This document shows positions 28,613 to 38,290 of a DNA stretch of 64,000 nucleotides, one piece after another. The notes beneath the pieces were generated by a model. It was not told the DNA's origin and did not search any database. It saw only the letters and a program-made list of their open reading frames with translations. This DNA comes from Chloroflexota bacterium (GTDB taxonomy: Bacteria > Chloroflexota > Dehalococcoidia > JACPQD01). The translations under genes were made by a program, and so were the position numbers. How positions within the stretch are numbered: position 1 is the stretch's first letter; each line of letters begins with the position of its first letter. Location: the NCBI GenBank assembly GCA_016190665.1, contig JACPQD010000022.1:20296-84295 (forward strand), read 5' to 3'.

Positions 28613-30289
28613 ATGATAATCAGGCGTCTGTTGGCCGAGGCGAGTTCCTTGCTCGTTCTGGGGTTACTTCTTGCTGGCTGCGCCCCGGCGCTTACCCCGA
28701 CCCCCACGCTGAAGCCAGGCGTGGCTCCAACGAACGTGCCTGCCGGCGGCATAGCGCCGGCACTTACCCCAAAGGCGGCAGCACCGCAGCCCAAGTATGG
28801 TGGAGTACTAACCTTCGCGCTGCCGGCCGATCCGGTCACTTTTGACCTACACCAGGAGACGGGTGGACAACACCACCTCGCCCTCATGCCGGCCTACAAC
28901 GGTTTGCTTCAATACGACCCCCTGGCATGGCCGGAGGCGAAAATCGCGCCGGATTTGGTCAGTGGCTGGGAAGTCAGCCCCGACGGCTTAGGGTACACTT
29001 TCCGGCTGAGAAGTGGGGTGAAATGGCATGACGGGGTTCCCTTCACCAGCAGGGACGTCAAGGCAAGCCTGGACAGGGTTAGCAAGCCACCAAGAGGAAT
29101 GCGCAGCCCGAGGCAGGCTTCAGTGAGTTCTATCACCAACGTAGATGCCTCCACTGCTGACGTAGTGAAAATACGTTTGGATCAGCCCAGCGCCTCGCTT
29201 GCCTCAATCCTCGCGATAGACTGGCTTGCAGTCTTGCCTCAACATGTCATCGAAGCCAAGGGCGACATGAAACGGGATATCCTGGGTACGGGACCCTTCA
29301 AGTTGAAAGAGTATGCTGCCGGGACGAGCCTCGTCTACGTCAAGAACGGCGACTATTTCGCGCCAGGTCGCCCCTACCTGGACGGCATAATGATCTACGT
29401 GGTCAGGGATGAGTCGACTCGCTTCGCTGCTCTGCGCACCGGCAGAGTTCTTTATTTGCCCTTTCCCTATGGGGTAAGTCCCCCCCAAGCTGAGATTGCC
29501 AAAGGAGACCGGAACCTGGTTATTCAATCCAATTGGGAACCCAGCCTGGTCCACTTCCTCATGAACGTTCAAAGGGCCCCCTGGTCAGATCCCCGGGTTC
29601 GCCGGGCCGCGAGCCTGGCGTTTGACCGCCAGGCGTTCATCAAGACGGCGGCGCAAGGTAGCGCCCTCCTAGGAGCTCACATGCCATCCAAGGGACCCTG
29701 GGGAATACCTGAGGATGAGTTGCTCAAGATGCCCGGCTATCGCCAACCCAAGGACGCCGACATCGCTGAGGCTAAAAGACTCCTGGCGGAGGTGGGGTTC
29801 CCGGAGGGATTCAGCACCACTCTCCTCACCCGGCCAGAGTCCTCGCACCGCGCGCGGGGAACGTTCGCCCTGGCCGAACTGACGAAGCTGGGCATCAAAG
29901 CTGAGCATGTCATAAAGGAGACCGCTGCCTACGATGATGCTCTAAGCCGTGGCGCTTTTGACACACGAACTCACGGCGTAGCCACGGCGATCGATGACCC
30001 GGACCTCAGGTTCGGAGAGAACTACGTGACCGACGGGGGCAGGAACTACGGCAAATACAGCAACCCGAACTTTGACGATCTGTTCAGGAGACAGTCGCGC
30101 GCGCTGGATATCGTTGAGCGCAAGAGACTGGTGCGAGAAATGGAGATGATTCTTTTGCAAGATAACCCTGACGTACCACTGGCCTGGAACGTCGACAATA
30201 TTGCCCACAGTTCGCGGATGAGGAACTACAAAATGGCTTCCTCCGCTTACCTTAATAACAAGCATCAGGAAGTTTGGCTGGCGGATTGA
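28613..30289 (+). CDS. Family-5 ABC substrate-binding lipoprotein
   Basis: Start moved to MIIRRLLAEASSLLVLGLLLAGC (AGGAGG RBS). Tandem paralogue of 26468..28162. Confidence 0.9.
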   Translation: MIIRRLLAEASSLLVLGLLLAGCAPALTPTPTLKPGVAPTNVPAGGIAPALTPKAAAPQPKYGGVLTFALPADPVTFDLHQETGGQHHLALMPAYNGLLQYDPLAWPEAKIAPDLVSGWEVSPDGLGYTFRLRSGVKWHDGVPFTSRDVKASLDRVSKPPRGMRSPRQASVSSITNVDASTADVVKIRLDQPSASLASILAIDWLAVLPQHVIEAKGDMKRDILGTGPFKLKEYAAGTSLVYVKNGDYFAPGRPYLDGIMIYVVRDESTRFAALRTGRVLYLPFPYGVSPPQAEIAKGDRNLVIQSNWEPSLVHFLMNVQRAPWSDPRVRRAASLAFDRQAFIKTAAQGSALLGAHMPSKGPWGIPEDELLKMPGYRQPKDADIAEAKRLLAEVGFPEGFSTTLLTRPESSHRARGTFALAELTKLGIKAEHVIKETAAYDDALSRGAFDTRTHGVATAIDDPDLRFGENYVTDGGRNYGKYSNPNFDDLFRRQSRALDIVERKRLVREMEMILLQDNPDVPLAWNVDNIAHSSRMRNYKMASSAYLNNKHQEVWLAD

Positions 30290-30328
30290 GTTCGCAAGAG
30301 AGCCCAGAAATTCGCAAAGGAGGAGACA

Positions 30329-30910
30329 ATGAAGAAGGACATGGCAAAGCTCATTTCCCCTCGGGCGGAGGAGTATCGGGAGCGTCCGAGAGCTGCAAGG
30401 GGACGGGTGCTCACCGATCTCCACGGAAAGCTCATCGCCTTTGTGGACAATGGTCGACCCAATGCCGACATAGCTCTGGCCGGCGTTAGAGAGGAGATGG
30501 AAAGGGCCTTCCACATCCGGCCGGTCTCTGTTGAGTACAAGGCCTACGGGTTGTCGGCCGGCGGCCTTTTCCCTAAGGAAGTCTTCGACCGGCTGGTCAA
30601 CGAGGCGGACGCCGTGGTCTGGGGGATAGGTTCTTGAGGGGCATGCACGGGGCGGAGTGTCCGCAACGTCGCCGAGTTCGTTGGTCATGAAGTACCAGCC
30701 GTGGCGCTCGTGGCGCCGGCCTGGGAAGCTCCGGCCAGGGCCATTGCGCGGGCGGCTAAGTTGCCCGAGTCGCAAATCATTACTCTCCCGCTAGGCGAGC
30801 TATTCGCCGACAGCACTGACGCCGCCCAGCGGATGCGGGAGACGGCCGGTGATCTGGTGCCCTTGATCGAAAAAGCGCTGAAGGCAAGCTCTCCCGTTCC
30901 AGCGCGGTAG
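30329..30910 (+). CDS. Stand-alone UGSC-type selenoprotein domain (motif U-G-A-C); Sec codon TGA at 30635..30637
   Basis: ORF-track entries 30329..30637 and 30701..30910 share a frame and are separated only by one TGA. Context is VVWGIGS-U-GAC-TGRSVRNVAEF. AAGGAGG RBS. Homologous to residues 1-190 of the fused genes. Confidence 0.7.
30647..30669 (+). promoter_or_regulatory. SECIS-like hairpin candidate
   Basis: ACG-GG-GCGGA-GUG-UCCGC-AA-CGU begins 10 nt after UGA. G-containing apical loop. Confidence 0.4.
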
Positions 30911-30951
30911 CGGTCGCATGGTCCCAGCCCAATTCATGATAGGGAGGCAGC

Positions 30952-32010
30952 ATGACTGCACAAAGCGCGAAGGTCGTTGAAGTTCCGGATGATGTTGAGA
31001 CCATTTATGAGCACCTCGACGGCGAAGGTCTGCTCGATGGGCTTCCCGTGATTCCACCCACACAGGAAAGGGTGAAGCGATTCCTCGACGCGACCGGGCG
31101 TAACGCGGACGAGACCATTGGCTATATCGAACCCCTTGGGGGCCTGGTCACGGTGGAGAAGGTGGCAGCGAACGCCGTGATGGCCGGCTGCCGCCCCGAG
31201 CATATGCCCGTTCTGCTGGCGGCCGCCGAGGTCCTGTGCGACACGCGGGGCGGCCTGCCGGAGAGAGTTAACGAAACTCAAACGACAAGTCACAGCAAGC
31301 ACGCCCTCCTGGTAGTGAACGGGCCGATCCGGAAAAAGCTGGGCATAACCTCAGGAGAAAAGGGCAACGGCGTGAGCTGGCGGGCCAACGCTACCATTGG
31401 CAGGGCTATCCAACTCACCATGATGAACCTGGGTGGATTTCCCGGCGTGACGGAATGGAAGACCTGGGGGTTTTACGTTAATCGCGGCTATTGCATGGCG
31501 GAGAACGAGGAGCAATCCCCCTGGGAACCCCTGCACGTGGAATACGGGTATTCGGCCTCCGACAGCACCGTCACGGTGCTCCTCGTGGAACCCCCTCACC
31601 ACATGGAGCTTTCCTGGCCCAGCACCAACGAAGAGCTCCTGCACGCCTTCGGTCGCACCATGTCCGCCCCGGCCTTTCGGGACTCCTATGGGGACTGCTT
31701 GCCGATAGTGGTCTTTGGCCCCGACCAGGCCAAAGGGGTGGCCAAGTCGGGCTTCAGCAAAGCGGACGTAAAGCGCTACCTGTTTGAGCACGCCCGAACA
31801 CCTTACCGGGAGTTCGGCACCAATGCTGCGTCTGGCTGGAAGCCCTACTGGAGGAAGTTCTTCAGTCATGACCCCAATGCTATGGTGCCGATGGTAGCTC
31901 GGCCGGAAGATTTCACGGTCCTTGTGATCGGCGGGCCAGGGCCTCAGTCTCTGCACATCCCCCATAATCGGGCGCCCATCGAGTTCTGTATGCGGCGAAT
32001 CCAAGTCTAA
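30952..32010 (+). CDS. Stand-alone DGLPVIPPT-domain protein (homologue of the C-terminal two thirds of the fused selenoproteins)
   Basis: 352 aa. GLLDGLPVIPPTQERV and AANAVMAGCRPEHMPVL align with WADGLPVLPPTEERV / WTDGLPVIPPTRDKV and MAGCRPEYMPIL in the fused genes. GGGAGG RBS. Confidence 0.8.
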   Translation: MTAQSAKVVEVPDDVETIYEHLDGEGLLDGLPVIPPTQERVKRFLDATGRNADETIGYIEPLGGLVTVEKVAANAVMAGCRPEHMPVLLAAAEVLCDTRGGLPERVNETQTTSHSKHALLVVNGPIRKKLGITSGEKGNGVSWRANATIGRAIQLTMMNLGGFPGVTEWKTWGFYVNRGYCMAENEEQSPWEPLHVEYGYSASDSTVTVLLVEPPHHMELSWPSTNEELLHAFGRTMSAPAFRDSYGDCLPIVVFGPDQAKGVAKSGFSKADVKRYLFEHARTPYREFGTNAASGWKPYWRKFFSHDPNAMVPMVARPEDFTVLVIGGPGPQSLHIPHNRAPIEFCMRRIQV

Positions 32011-32291
32011 CTCCGTAGCGGCGAGAGCCATTCGCGGATTCGGCAATGTACTCGAAGTGGCAGTGTTCGGGGCCATAGGACGGCCTGGCCACACTATATG
32101 TTCTTAGTGCAGAATGAGGTTAGTCAGGGCCTGGAACGATCAGATTCACACAAGCAGGGGACGGCTTTTCAATCAGATGTTTGTCGCCGGGGTCTCATCA
32201 TAAGGCAACGATGAACGGCGGGTCCCTGCGATTGGGCCGGGCGGCCCATGCCTTGAAGGCAAGAACGAGACATGAGCGTAAGGAGGCTGCA

Positions 32292-33959
32292 ATGCTATCG
32301 ACGAAGTTGCGCGTCATTCTCAGTTGTCTGGCGACTTTGTGGCTTTTCCTCGCAAGCTGTGCTCCGGCGCCCGGCCTTCAACCGCCGGCGAAATCGGCTG
32401 CAGCGCCGGCGTCGGGGACCACTGAAGTCGCACCTGCGACGCCAGCCCCAACCCCCAAGCCAGCGGCTCAGCAGCCGAAATACGGGGGGATTCTGACGGC
32501 CATAGCGGCCTCCGACCCGCCGGACCTGGACATACACCGGCAATCGACCTATGCCACCTTCGCGCTGATCGCGCCGTCCTACAGCGGACTCCTGCAGTAC
32601 GATCCTCTGGAGAATGACCGCTTGATAGGCGATCTCGCGGACAAATGGGAAATGAGCCCGGACGGGAAGGTGTACACCTTCCGTCTTCGCCAGGGCGTAA
32701 AGACCCATGATGGCGCGCCCTTCACCTCGGAGGATGCGCAGTTCAGTCTCAACAGGTTAGGGGAGTTCGCGCCCATGGGCGCCTACGTCCCCTTTGTCGA
32801 TCGAGTCGAGGCGCCAGAAAAGGACACAGTAAGGGTGGTCCTGCAGCGACCTGTAGCCGGATGGGCGACTCTGGCCGGCCACGGCAGGGTTCTGATGGGG
32901 TCCAGGCACGTTATCGAGTCCAAGGGCAATCTGAAGTGGACGGCCGTGGGGACAGGGCCCTACAAGTTTGCTGAGTATGTGCCCGGCGTGAGCCTCAAGC
33001 TCGTGAAGAACAAAGACTATTTTGTTCCCGGGCGTCCCTATCTAGACGGGTTGACCTTCTACGTCATCAAGGACACCGGGACCCAGATGGCGGCCTTCCG
33101 GACGCACCAGGCGAGGTTCCTCGGGCCGCCCACCTACGGCCTCACTCCTTCCGCCGCTGATGTGCTGAAGAAGGACCTGGCTGGCAAGGCGGTTGTGGCT
33201 CCCTATTACCGCATGGCCTTCTCCGTGTTCCTCCCCAACCCGCTGAAGAAACCCTGGGACGACATACGCGTGAGGAGGGCCGCGTTTCTGGCTACGGACC
33301 GTGACAAAGGACTGGCGGTGGTGGCCGATGGGTTCGGTGAGCTGGCTGTGACCTGGGCCCCCAGGGAGTGGGCGCTGACCCAGGACGAGATAAGGAAGAT
33401 GCCTGGCTTCAGGAAGCCCAAGGACCAGGACATCGAGGCAGCCAGGAGGCTCATGGCCGAGGCCGGCTACCCCAGGGGCGTCAAGACGAGCATAATAGTC
33501 AGGGCCGGCTACTCGGACCACGAGAAGCTCGCCACCTTCTTCAGGGACCAGTTCGCCGCCATTGGCATCGACCTCGATCTCAGGATCGTGGACTATGCCA
33601 TATACGACCGCATGAGGAAGGACCGCACCCTGGACTCCATGACGTCCCTCAGCCACTTTGACGTGTCCGACCCGAACATGGCCTATCGGTATGTGACGTT
33701 CACCTATGGCCAGATGGCATCGCTCCTAGACGACCCGAAGATGATCGAGTTGCTGGATAAGCAGTCGGTGATGCTGGATAAGGGCGAGCGCAAGAAGATC
33801 ATCTCCGAGCTCCAGTATCGGGCCGCGGAGGCGGTCCCGCATATACCTATCGGCTGGCAGAACGCCTACCTGGGCCACTGGCCCGAAGTGATGAACTACA
33901 AATCGGGGTACGGCCCGGGCAACAACATGAAGTGGCAGGACGTCTGGTTGGCCGGTTGA
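32292..33959 (+). CDS. Family-5 ABC substrate-binding lipoprotein
   Basis: Start moved to MLSTKLRVILSCLATLWLFLASC (AAGGAGG RBS). Ends DVWLAG. Confidence 0.9.
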   Translation: MLSTKLRVILSCLATLWLFLASCAPAPGLQPPAKSAAAPASGTTEVAPATPAPTPKPAAQQPKYGGILTAIAASDPPDLDIHRQSTYATFALIAPSYSGLLQYDPLENDRLIGDLADKWEMSPDGKVYTFRLRQGVKTHDGAPFTSEDAQFSLNRLGEFAPMGAYVPFVDRVEAPEKDTVRVVLQRPVAGWATLAGHGRVLMGSRHVIESKGNLKWTAVGTGPYKFAEYVPGVSLKLVKNKDYFVPGRPYLDGLTFYVIKDTGTQMAAFRTHQARFLGPPTYGLTPSAADVLKKDLAGKAVVAPYYRMAFSVFLPNPLKKPWDDIRVRRAAFLATDRDKGLAVVADGFGELAVTWAPREWALTQDEIRKMPGFRKPKDQDIEAARRLMAEAGYPRGVKTSIIVRAGYSDHEKLATFFRDQFAAIGIDLDLRIVDYAIYDRMRKDRTLDSMTSLSHFDVSDPNMAYRYVTFTYGQMASLLDDPKMIELLDKQSVMLDKGERKKIISELQYRAAEAVPHIPIGWQNAYLGHWPEVMNYKSGYGPGNNMKWQDVWLAG

Positions 33960-34024
33960 TTGCTGATTTTTGATTTTTGATTGCGGATTGCCGGGAACGC
34001 CCGACTTGCGCTGGAGGTTATGAG

Positions 34025-36451
34025 ATGGTTTCCACGATCACGAACAAAGGACTACTCAATCGCATCGACGTCTTGCCGCTGAGTCCGCGGCTTCAGCGGC
34101 TCAAGGCGAGGTATTTCGAGGAGACCCCGAAGGTCTGTGCGGAGCGGCTCAAGTACTCCGTCCAGGCGTGGAAAGAGAGCGATGGGGATCCCATCGAGCT
34201 CCGAAGCGCAAAGGCGTTGCGGAAGATTCTGGAGGAGATGCCCATCGTCATCCATGACGGGGAGCTGACGGCAGGCAACCAGACCCGTTCCTTTCGCGGC
34301 TGCGCCCCTTATATCGATTTTGACAGCGAATACTTCGAGAAGGTGGCGGAGGGCTCCAAGGTGACTTTCGGCAGCCCGGCCGAATCGGGGAGCATCTCTG
34401 AGGAGGACTGGCAGATTTGCAGGGAGGCCGCAGCCTACTTCAGGGGGCGCAGTGCGGCGGAGGCGGCCAGGGAAGCGGCGAGGGCGGTATTCGGCGATTG
34501 GTACGAAGACGCGGCCGCGGTGCGCGTCATCTCTCCACGCTTCGATGAGCTGTCTTACCTGCCGGGAGTGCCTCTGTGGGAAAAGCTGCTGCAGGCCGGC
34601 CTGGCGGGCATTATCCGCGAGGCCGAGGCGGCCATGCAGTGCTTCCGGGACGGCGCTGAGCACGACCCGGAGAAGATTTCCTTCTGGCGGGCGATCATCA
34701 CCGTCTGCGAGGCGGTGGTGGCCTTTGCTCATCGTCACGCCGGGCTCGCCAGGCAGATGATCACCGAGGAGCCGGACGCAGCGAGACGCAAGGAGCTGGA
34801 GGAGCTGGCCGAGGCCTGCGACTGGGTGCCCGAGAACCCGGCGCGGAGCTTCCGCGAAGCCATTCAGTCCATCCGCCTGACTCACGTCGCTCTGCTCATG
34901 GAGAATAGCCGGAAGGCGGCCGACCTGGGCAGAATAGACCAGCTCTTCTATCCCTATTTCAAGAGGGATATGAATGAGGGCTCGCTGACAATCGAGAAAG
35001 CCGCCGACCTGTTAGGCGACTACATTTCCTATGTGGCGCGGCTGGAACAGATCCGGCCTTTGCGTGGCGCGGAGGGCCATCAGGCCACCATGATAAACCA
35101 TATCACTCTCGGGGGCCTAACTCAGGACGGGCAGGACGCCTGCAACGAGCTGACCTATCTCAGTCTCCACGTCCTGGGGTTGCTCGGATACGCGGAGCCG
35201 CACGCCACTCTGCGTCTGCATGAGGGCACACCGGCGTGGCTCCTGGAGAAGGCGCTGGAGACCAACCAGAAAGTGAACGGCATCCCCATGTACCTCAACG
35301 ACAAACACATCATTGAGACCATCTGCAAGAAGGGGGTGCCTCTGGATGAAGCCCGTGAGTGGGCGGTCTCCGGCTGCTCCCAGGCCGTCCTGCCGCGTCG
35401 CGGGCATTTCAATCCGATACAGATAAACATGGCTCTTGCCCTGGACCTCACGCTTCATAACGGCGTCTCCCCCCTCACCGGGAAGCAGGTGGGCATAGCC
35501 ACGGGAGACCCGCGAAGCTTCGAGACCTTCAGTGACCTGTTCGATGCGTACAAGAGACAGGCCGAGTTCATCATAAAGAGGCTGTTGAGGCTGGTGCGTC
35601 TGATGCACCTCGCGGAAGCGCAGGTCTTCAGGATGCCCCTGCGCTCTGCTCTCGATTACGCCACAATCCAGAATGGCAGGAGCCACCTTGTTGGAGGCTC
35701 CGATTCCTACCCCTTGTGGCACATAAAGGACCGGGGCCTGGTAGATGTGGGGGACTCCTTGACCGCTATCAAGAAGCTCGTCTTCGGCGAGAAGAGGCTG
35801 ACTATGCCGGAGCTTCTTCAGGCGCTGGACTCCGACTTCGCCGGCGAAAGAGGTGAGGAGATCAGGCAGATGTGTCTGGCCGCTCCGAAATACGGGAACG
35901 ATAACGATGACGCGGACTACATGCTGAGGGACGTGGCCAAGTTCAGCGCCGGCGTCATCCTTTCCGAGAAGAACTGCTTCGGCTGGCCGCACAGCCTGAA
36001 CCGAAACGGGGTCTCGTGGCATTTCGCCGCCGGAAAGGGTGTGGGCGCGCTGCCCAACGGCCGCCGCGCGCGGGCGCCCTTCGCCGATGGCTCCATGTCG
36101 CCTATGAACGGCATGGACAGGAGTGGGCCAACAGCCGTCCTGAACTCAGCGTTGAAGGCGGATTTCACGGAGGCGCTGGTTGGCATCCTGAACCAGAAGT
36201 TCCCTATTACCCTGGTGCGTAACCCTGAGGCGATGCAGAAAGTCGGCGATCTGACCCGAACGTTTATTCAGAACGGGGGACTGCACATTCAGTTCAACTT
36301 CGTCGACCGGAAGGTCCTGCTCGATGCCAAGAAGCATCCGGAGCGCTACAAAGACCTGGTGGTGCGCGTGGCCGGGTACAGCGCTTACTTTGTGAACTTG
36401 ACGCCCGAGGTGCAGGACGAGATCATCAGTCGCACCGAGCAGTGTATATAG
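34025..36451 (+). CDS. Glycyl-radical enzyme (PFL-like fold) with atypical Cys loop
   Basis: Start moved to MVSTITNKG (GGAGG RBS). C-terminal glycyl-radical motif VVRVAGYSAYFVNL. Cys-loop reads AVSGCSQAVLP. Confidence 0.85.
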   Translation: MVSTITNKGLLNRIDVLPLSPRLQRLKARYFEETPKVCAERLKYSVQAWKESDGDPIELRSAKALRKILEEMPIVIHDGELTAGNQTRSFRGCAPYIDFDSEYFEKVAEGSKVTFGSPAESGSISEEDWQICREAAAYFRGRSAAEAAREAARAVFGDWYEDAAAVRVISPRFDELSYLPGVPLWEKLLQAGLAGIIREAEAAMQCFRDGAEHDPEKISFWRAIITVCEAVVAFAHRHAGLARQMITEEPDAARRKELEELAEACDWVPENPARSFREAIQSIRLTHVALLMENSRKAADLGRIDQLFYPYFKRDMNEGSLTIEKAADLLGDYISYVARLEQIRPLRGAEGHQATMINHITLGGLTQDGQDACNELTYLSLHVLGLLGYAEPHATLRLHEGTPAWLLEKALETNQKVNGIPMYLNDKHIIETICKKGVPLDEAREWAVSGCSQAVLPRRGHFNPIQINMALALDLTLHNGVSPLTGKQVGIATGDPRSFETFSDLFDAYKRQAEFIIKRLLRLVRLMHLAEAQVFRMPLRSALDYATIQNGRSHLVGGSDSYPLWHIKDRGLVDVGDSLTAIKKLVFGEKRLTMPELLQALDSDFAGERGEEIRQMCLAAPKYGNDNDDADYMLRDVAKFSAGVILSEKNCFGWPHSLNRNGVSWHFAAGKGVGALPNGRRARAPFADGSMSPMNGMDRSGPTAVLNSALKADFTEALVGILNQKFPITLVRNPEAMQKVGDLTRTFIQNGGLHIQFNFVDRKVLLDAKKHPERYKDLVVRVAGYSAYFVNLTPEVQDEIISRTEQCI

Positions 36452-36469
36452 CGGCAGAAGGAGCGATAG

Positions 36470-38185
36470 ATGTCGGAGCCGCGGTACGAGGTGGTGTGGC
36501 CACTCGGAAAGTCAGCTTATGATCCGATTCCCATGGCACGCCGCCAACCAGACTTGGCTGGGAAAACGATCTGTGAATTATGGGACTGGGCTTTCAAGGG
36601 GGATGAGGTTTTCGTCATCATCAGGGAACTGCTCTCGAAACGCTATCCTGGCATCAAGTTCGTTGATTGCAGGGAGTTCGGCAGTATCCACGGCGCCAAG
36701 GAAAGGGAGATGGTCGCGACCCTGGCCGGCCCGCTGCGCGAACATCATTGCGATGCTGTTGTCTCTGCCTTGGGCGCCTGAGGCGCTTGCACGCCTGCGG
36801 TTGTGCGGGCGAGCGCTGCCGCAGAAAAGGCCGGCATCCGCAGCGTGTCCATCGTCGCGTCTGGATTCATGCGACAAGCAAGGGCTATCGCTCAGGCGCT
36901 CGGAGCCAGCAACCTCGCTGTCGCTGAATACCCTGGCGTGATAATGGTCGACAGCGAGGAGGAGTTGCGAAGGAAAGTTGAGGAAGTCCTGATAACCAGA
37001 GTTGTTCAGGGATTGACGACGCCGGTACAGGATTCGGTCAAGACTATCGAACCGGAAGTCAGGGACATCGTCTTCAAGGGAACGCTAGAACAGGTTCAGG
37101 AGTCCTTTCACAGGAATCTGTGGACCGACGGACTCCCTGTGATACCTCCGACCAGAGACAAGGTGGAGGAATTCCTGGGATTCACTGACCGTTGTCCAGA
37201 AGAGGTTATCGGGGTGTTGGGGCCAGAGAACCGCGAGGCGACCATCTGGAACATCGCGGTAAACGGGGTAATGGCTGGCTGCCGCCCTGAATACATGCCA
37301 ATACTGGTCGCAATAGTGGAAGCGATCGCCGAGCCCGACTTCCGCATCGAAGACGCCGGCAGCACGCCGGGGTGGGAACCGCTGGTTATCCTTAACGGGC
37401 CGATCATGAAGGAACTGGACTTCAACTGTGGTTCCGGGGCGATGCGAGTCGGCCGGCTGGCCAACACGAGCATTGGCCGGTTCTTGAAGTTGTACATACG
37501 TAACGTGGCCGGAGTGCGGATAGCGCCCGGCGCAATAGACAAGGGTAGCATTGCCCAGAGCTTCAATGTGGTGTTAGCGGAGAACGAAGATGCAGTGGCT
37601 GAGCTCGGCTGGCAGCCCTTCAGTGTTGACCGTGGCTTTGAACTTGGCGAGAACGTCGTCACCGTCCAGAGCGTGATAAACATAAGCCCACCCTGCTACA
37701 GTGGCGGAAACGCCCCTGTTGAGCACATGAAAACGATTGCTGAAGTGATCGGGCAGCAGTCGATGGCCTACTGGACAGCCACCTGTGCACATCACGGGAG
37801 GTCCTATCCGCTCTTCGTATTGAGTCCGAGCGTGGCACGTGTGATCGCCGGTGGCGGCTGGACGAAGGGCCAGATGCGACAATACCTATATGATAATGTG
37901 AAGATCCGAGCAGGGTGGATGGAGGGTGTGGCTCGGCGAACCGGCATGACGAGTTTCAGCTTTTGTGCCTGCGTTGAGGCGGGCTTGGTGCCCGAGGCCT
38001 ACTGTCTGTCCGCGGACCCGAACAGGATGGTTCCGGTATTCCAGAGGCCCGACTGGATAGGTATCGTTGTCAGCGGCGATCCGGGTAGGAACCAGAGTAG
38101 AGGATATATGCAAAACCAGAAGCAGGGGACTCCTACAAGCAAGAAGATAGTTTTGCCAGCCATCTGGAGGCAACTTCTGAAGTGA
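36470..38185 (+). CDS. UGSC-type selenoprotein (U-G-A-C) fused to a DGLPVIPPT domain; Sec codon TGA at 36779..36781
   Basis: ORF-track entries 36470..36781 and 36803..38185 share a frame and are interrupted only by one TGA. Context is VVSALGA-U-GAC-TPAVVRASAAAEKAGIRSV. Starts 19 nt after the GRE stop. Confidence 0.75.
36783..36816 (+). promoter_or_regulatory. SECIS-like stem-loop
   Basis: GCGCU-ugca-CGCCUGC-GGUUGU-GCGGGCG-AGCGC starts 2 nt after UGA. 12 bp in total with a GGUU-containing apical loop. Confidence 0.5.
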
Positions 38186-38290
38186 TGCTCGGACGCTTCA
38201 CGTTAAAGCAAAGGAGCAGGAATTGCCCAGATCACGGCCAGGACGGAGTGGAGGTCCTGCACCTATTCGTATGCTGAAGGAGGTGACAGC

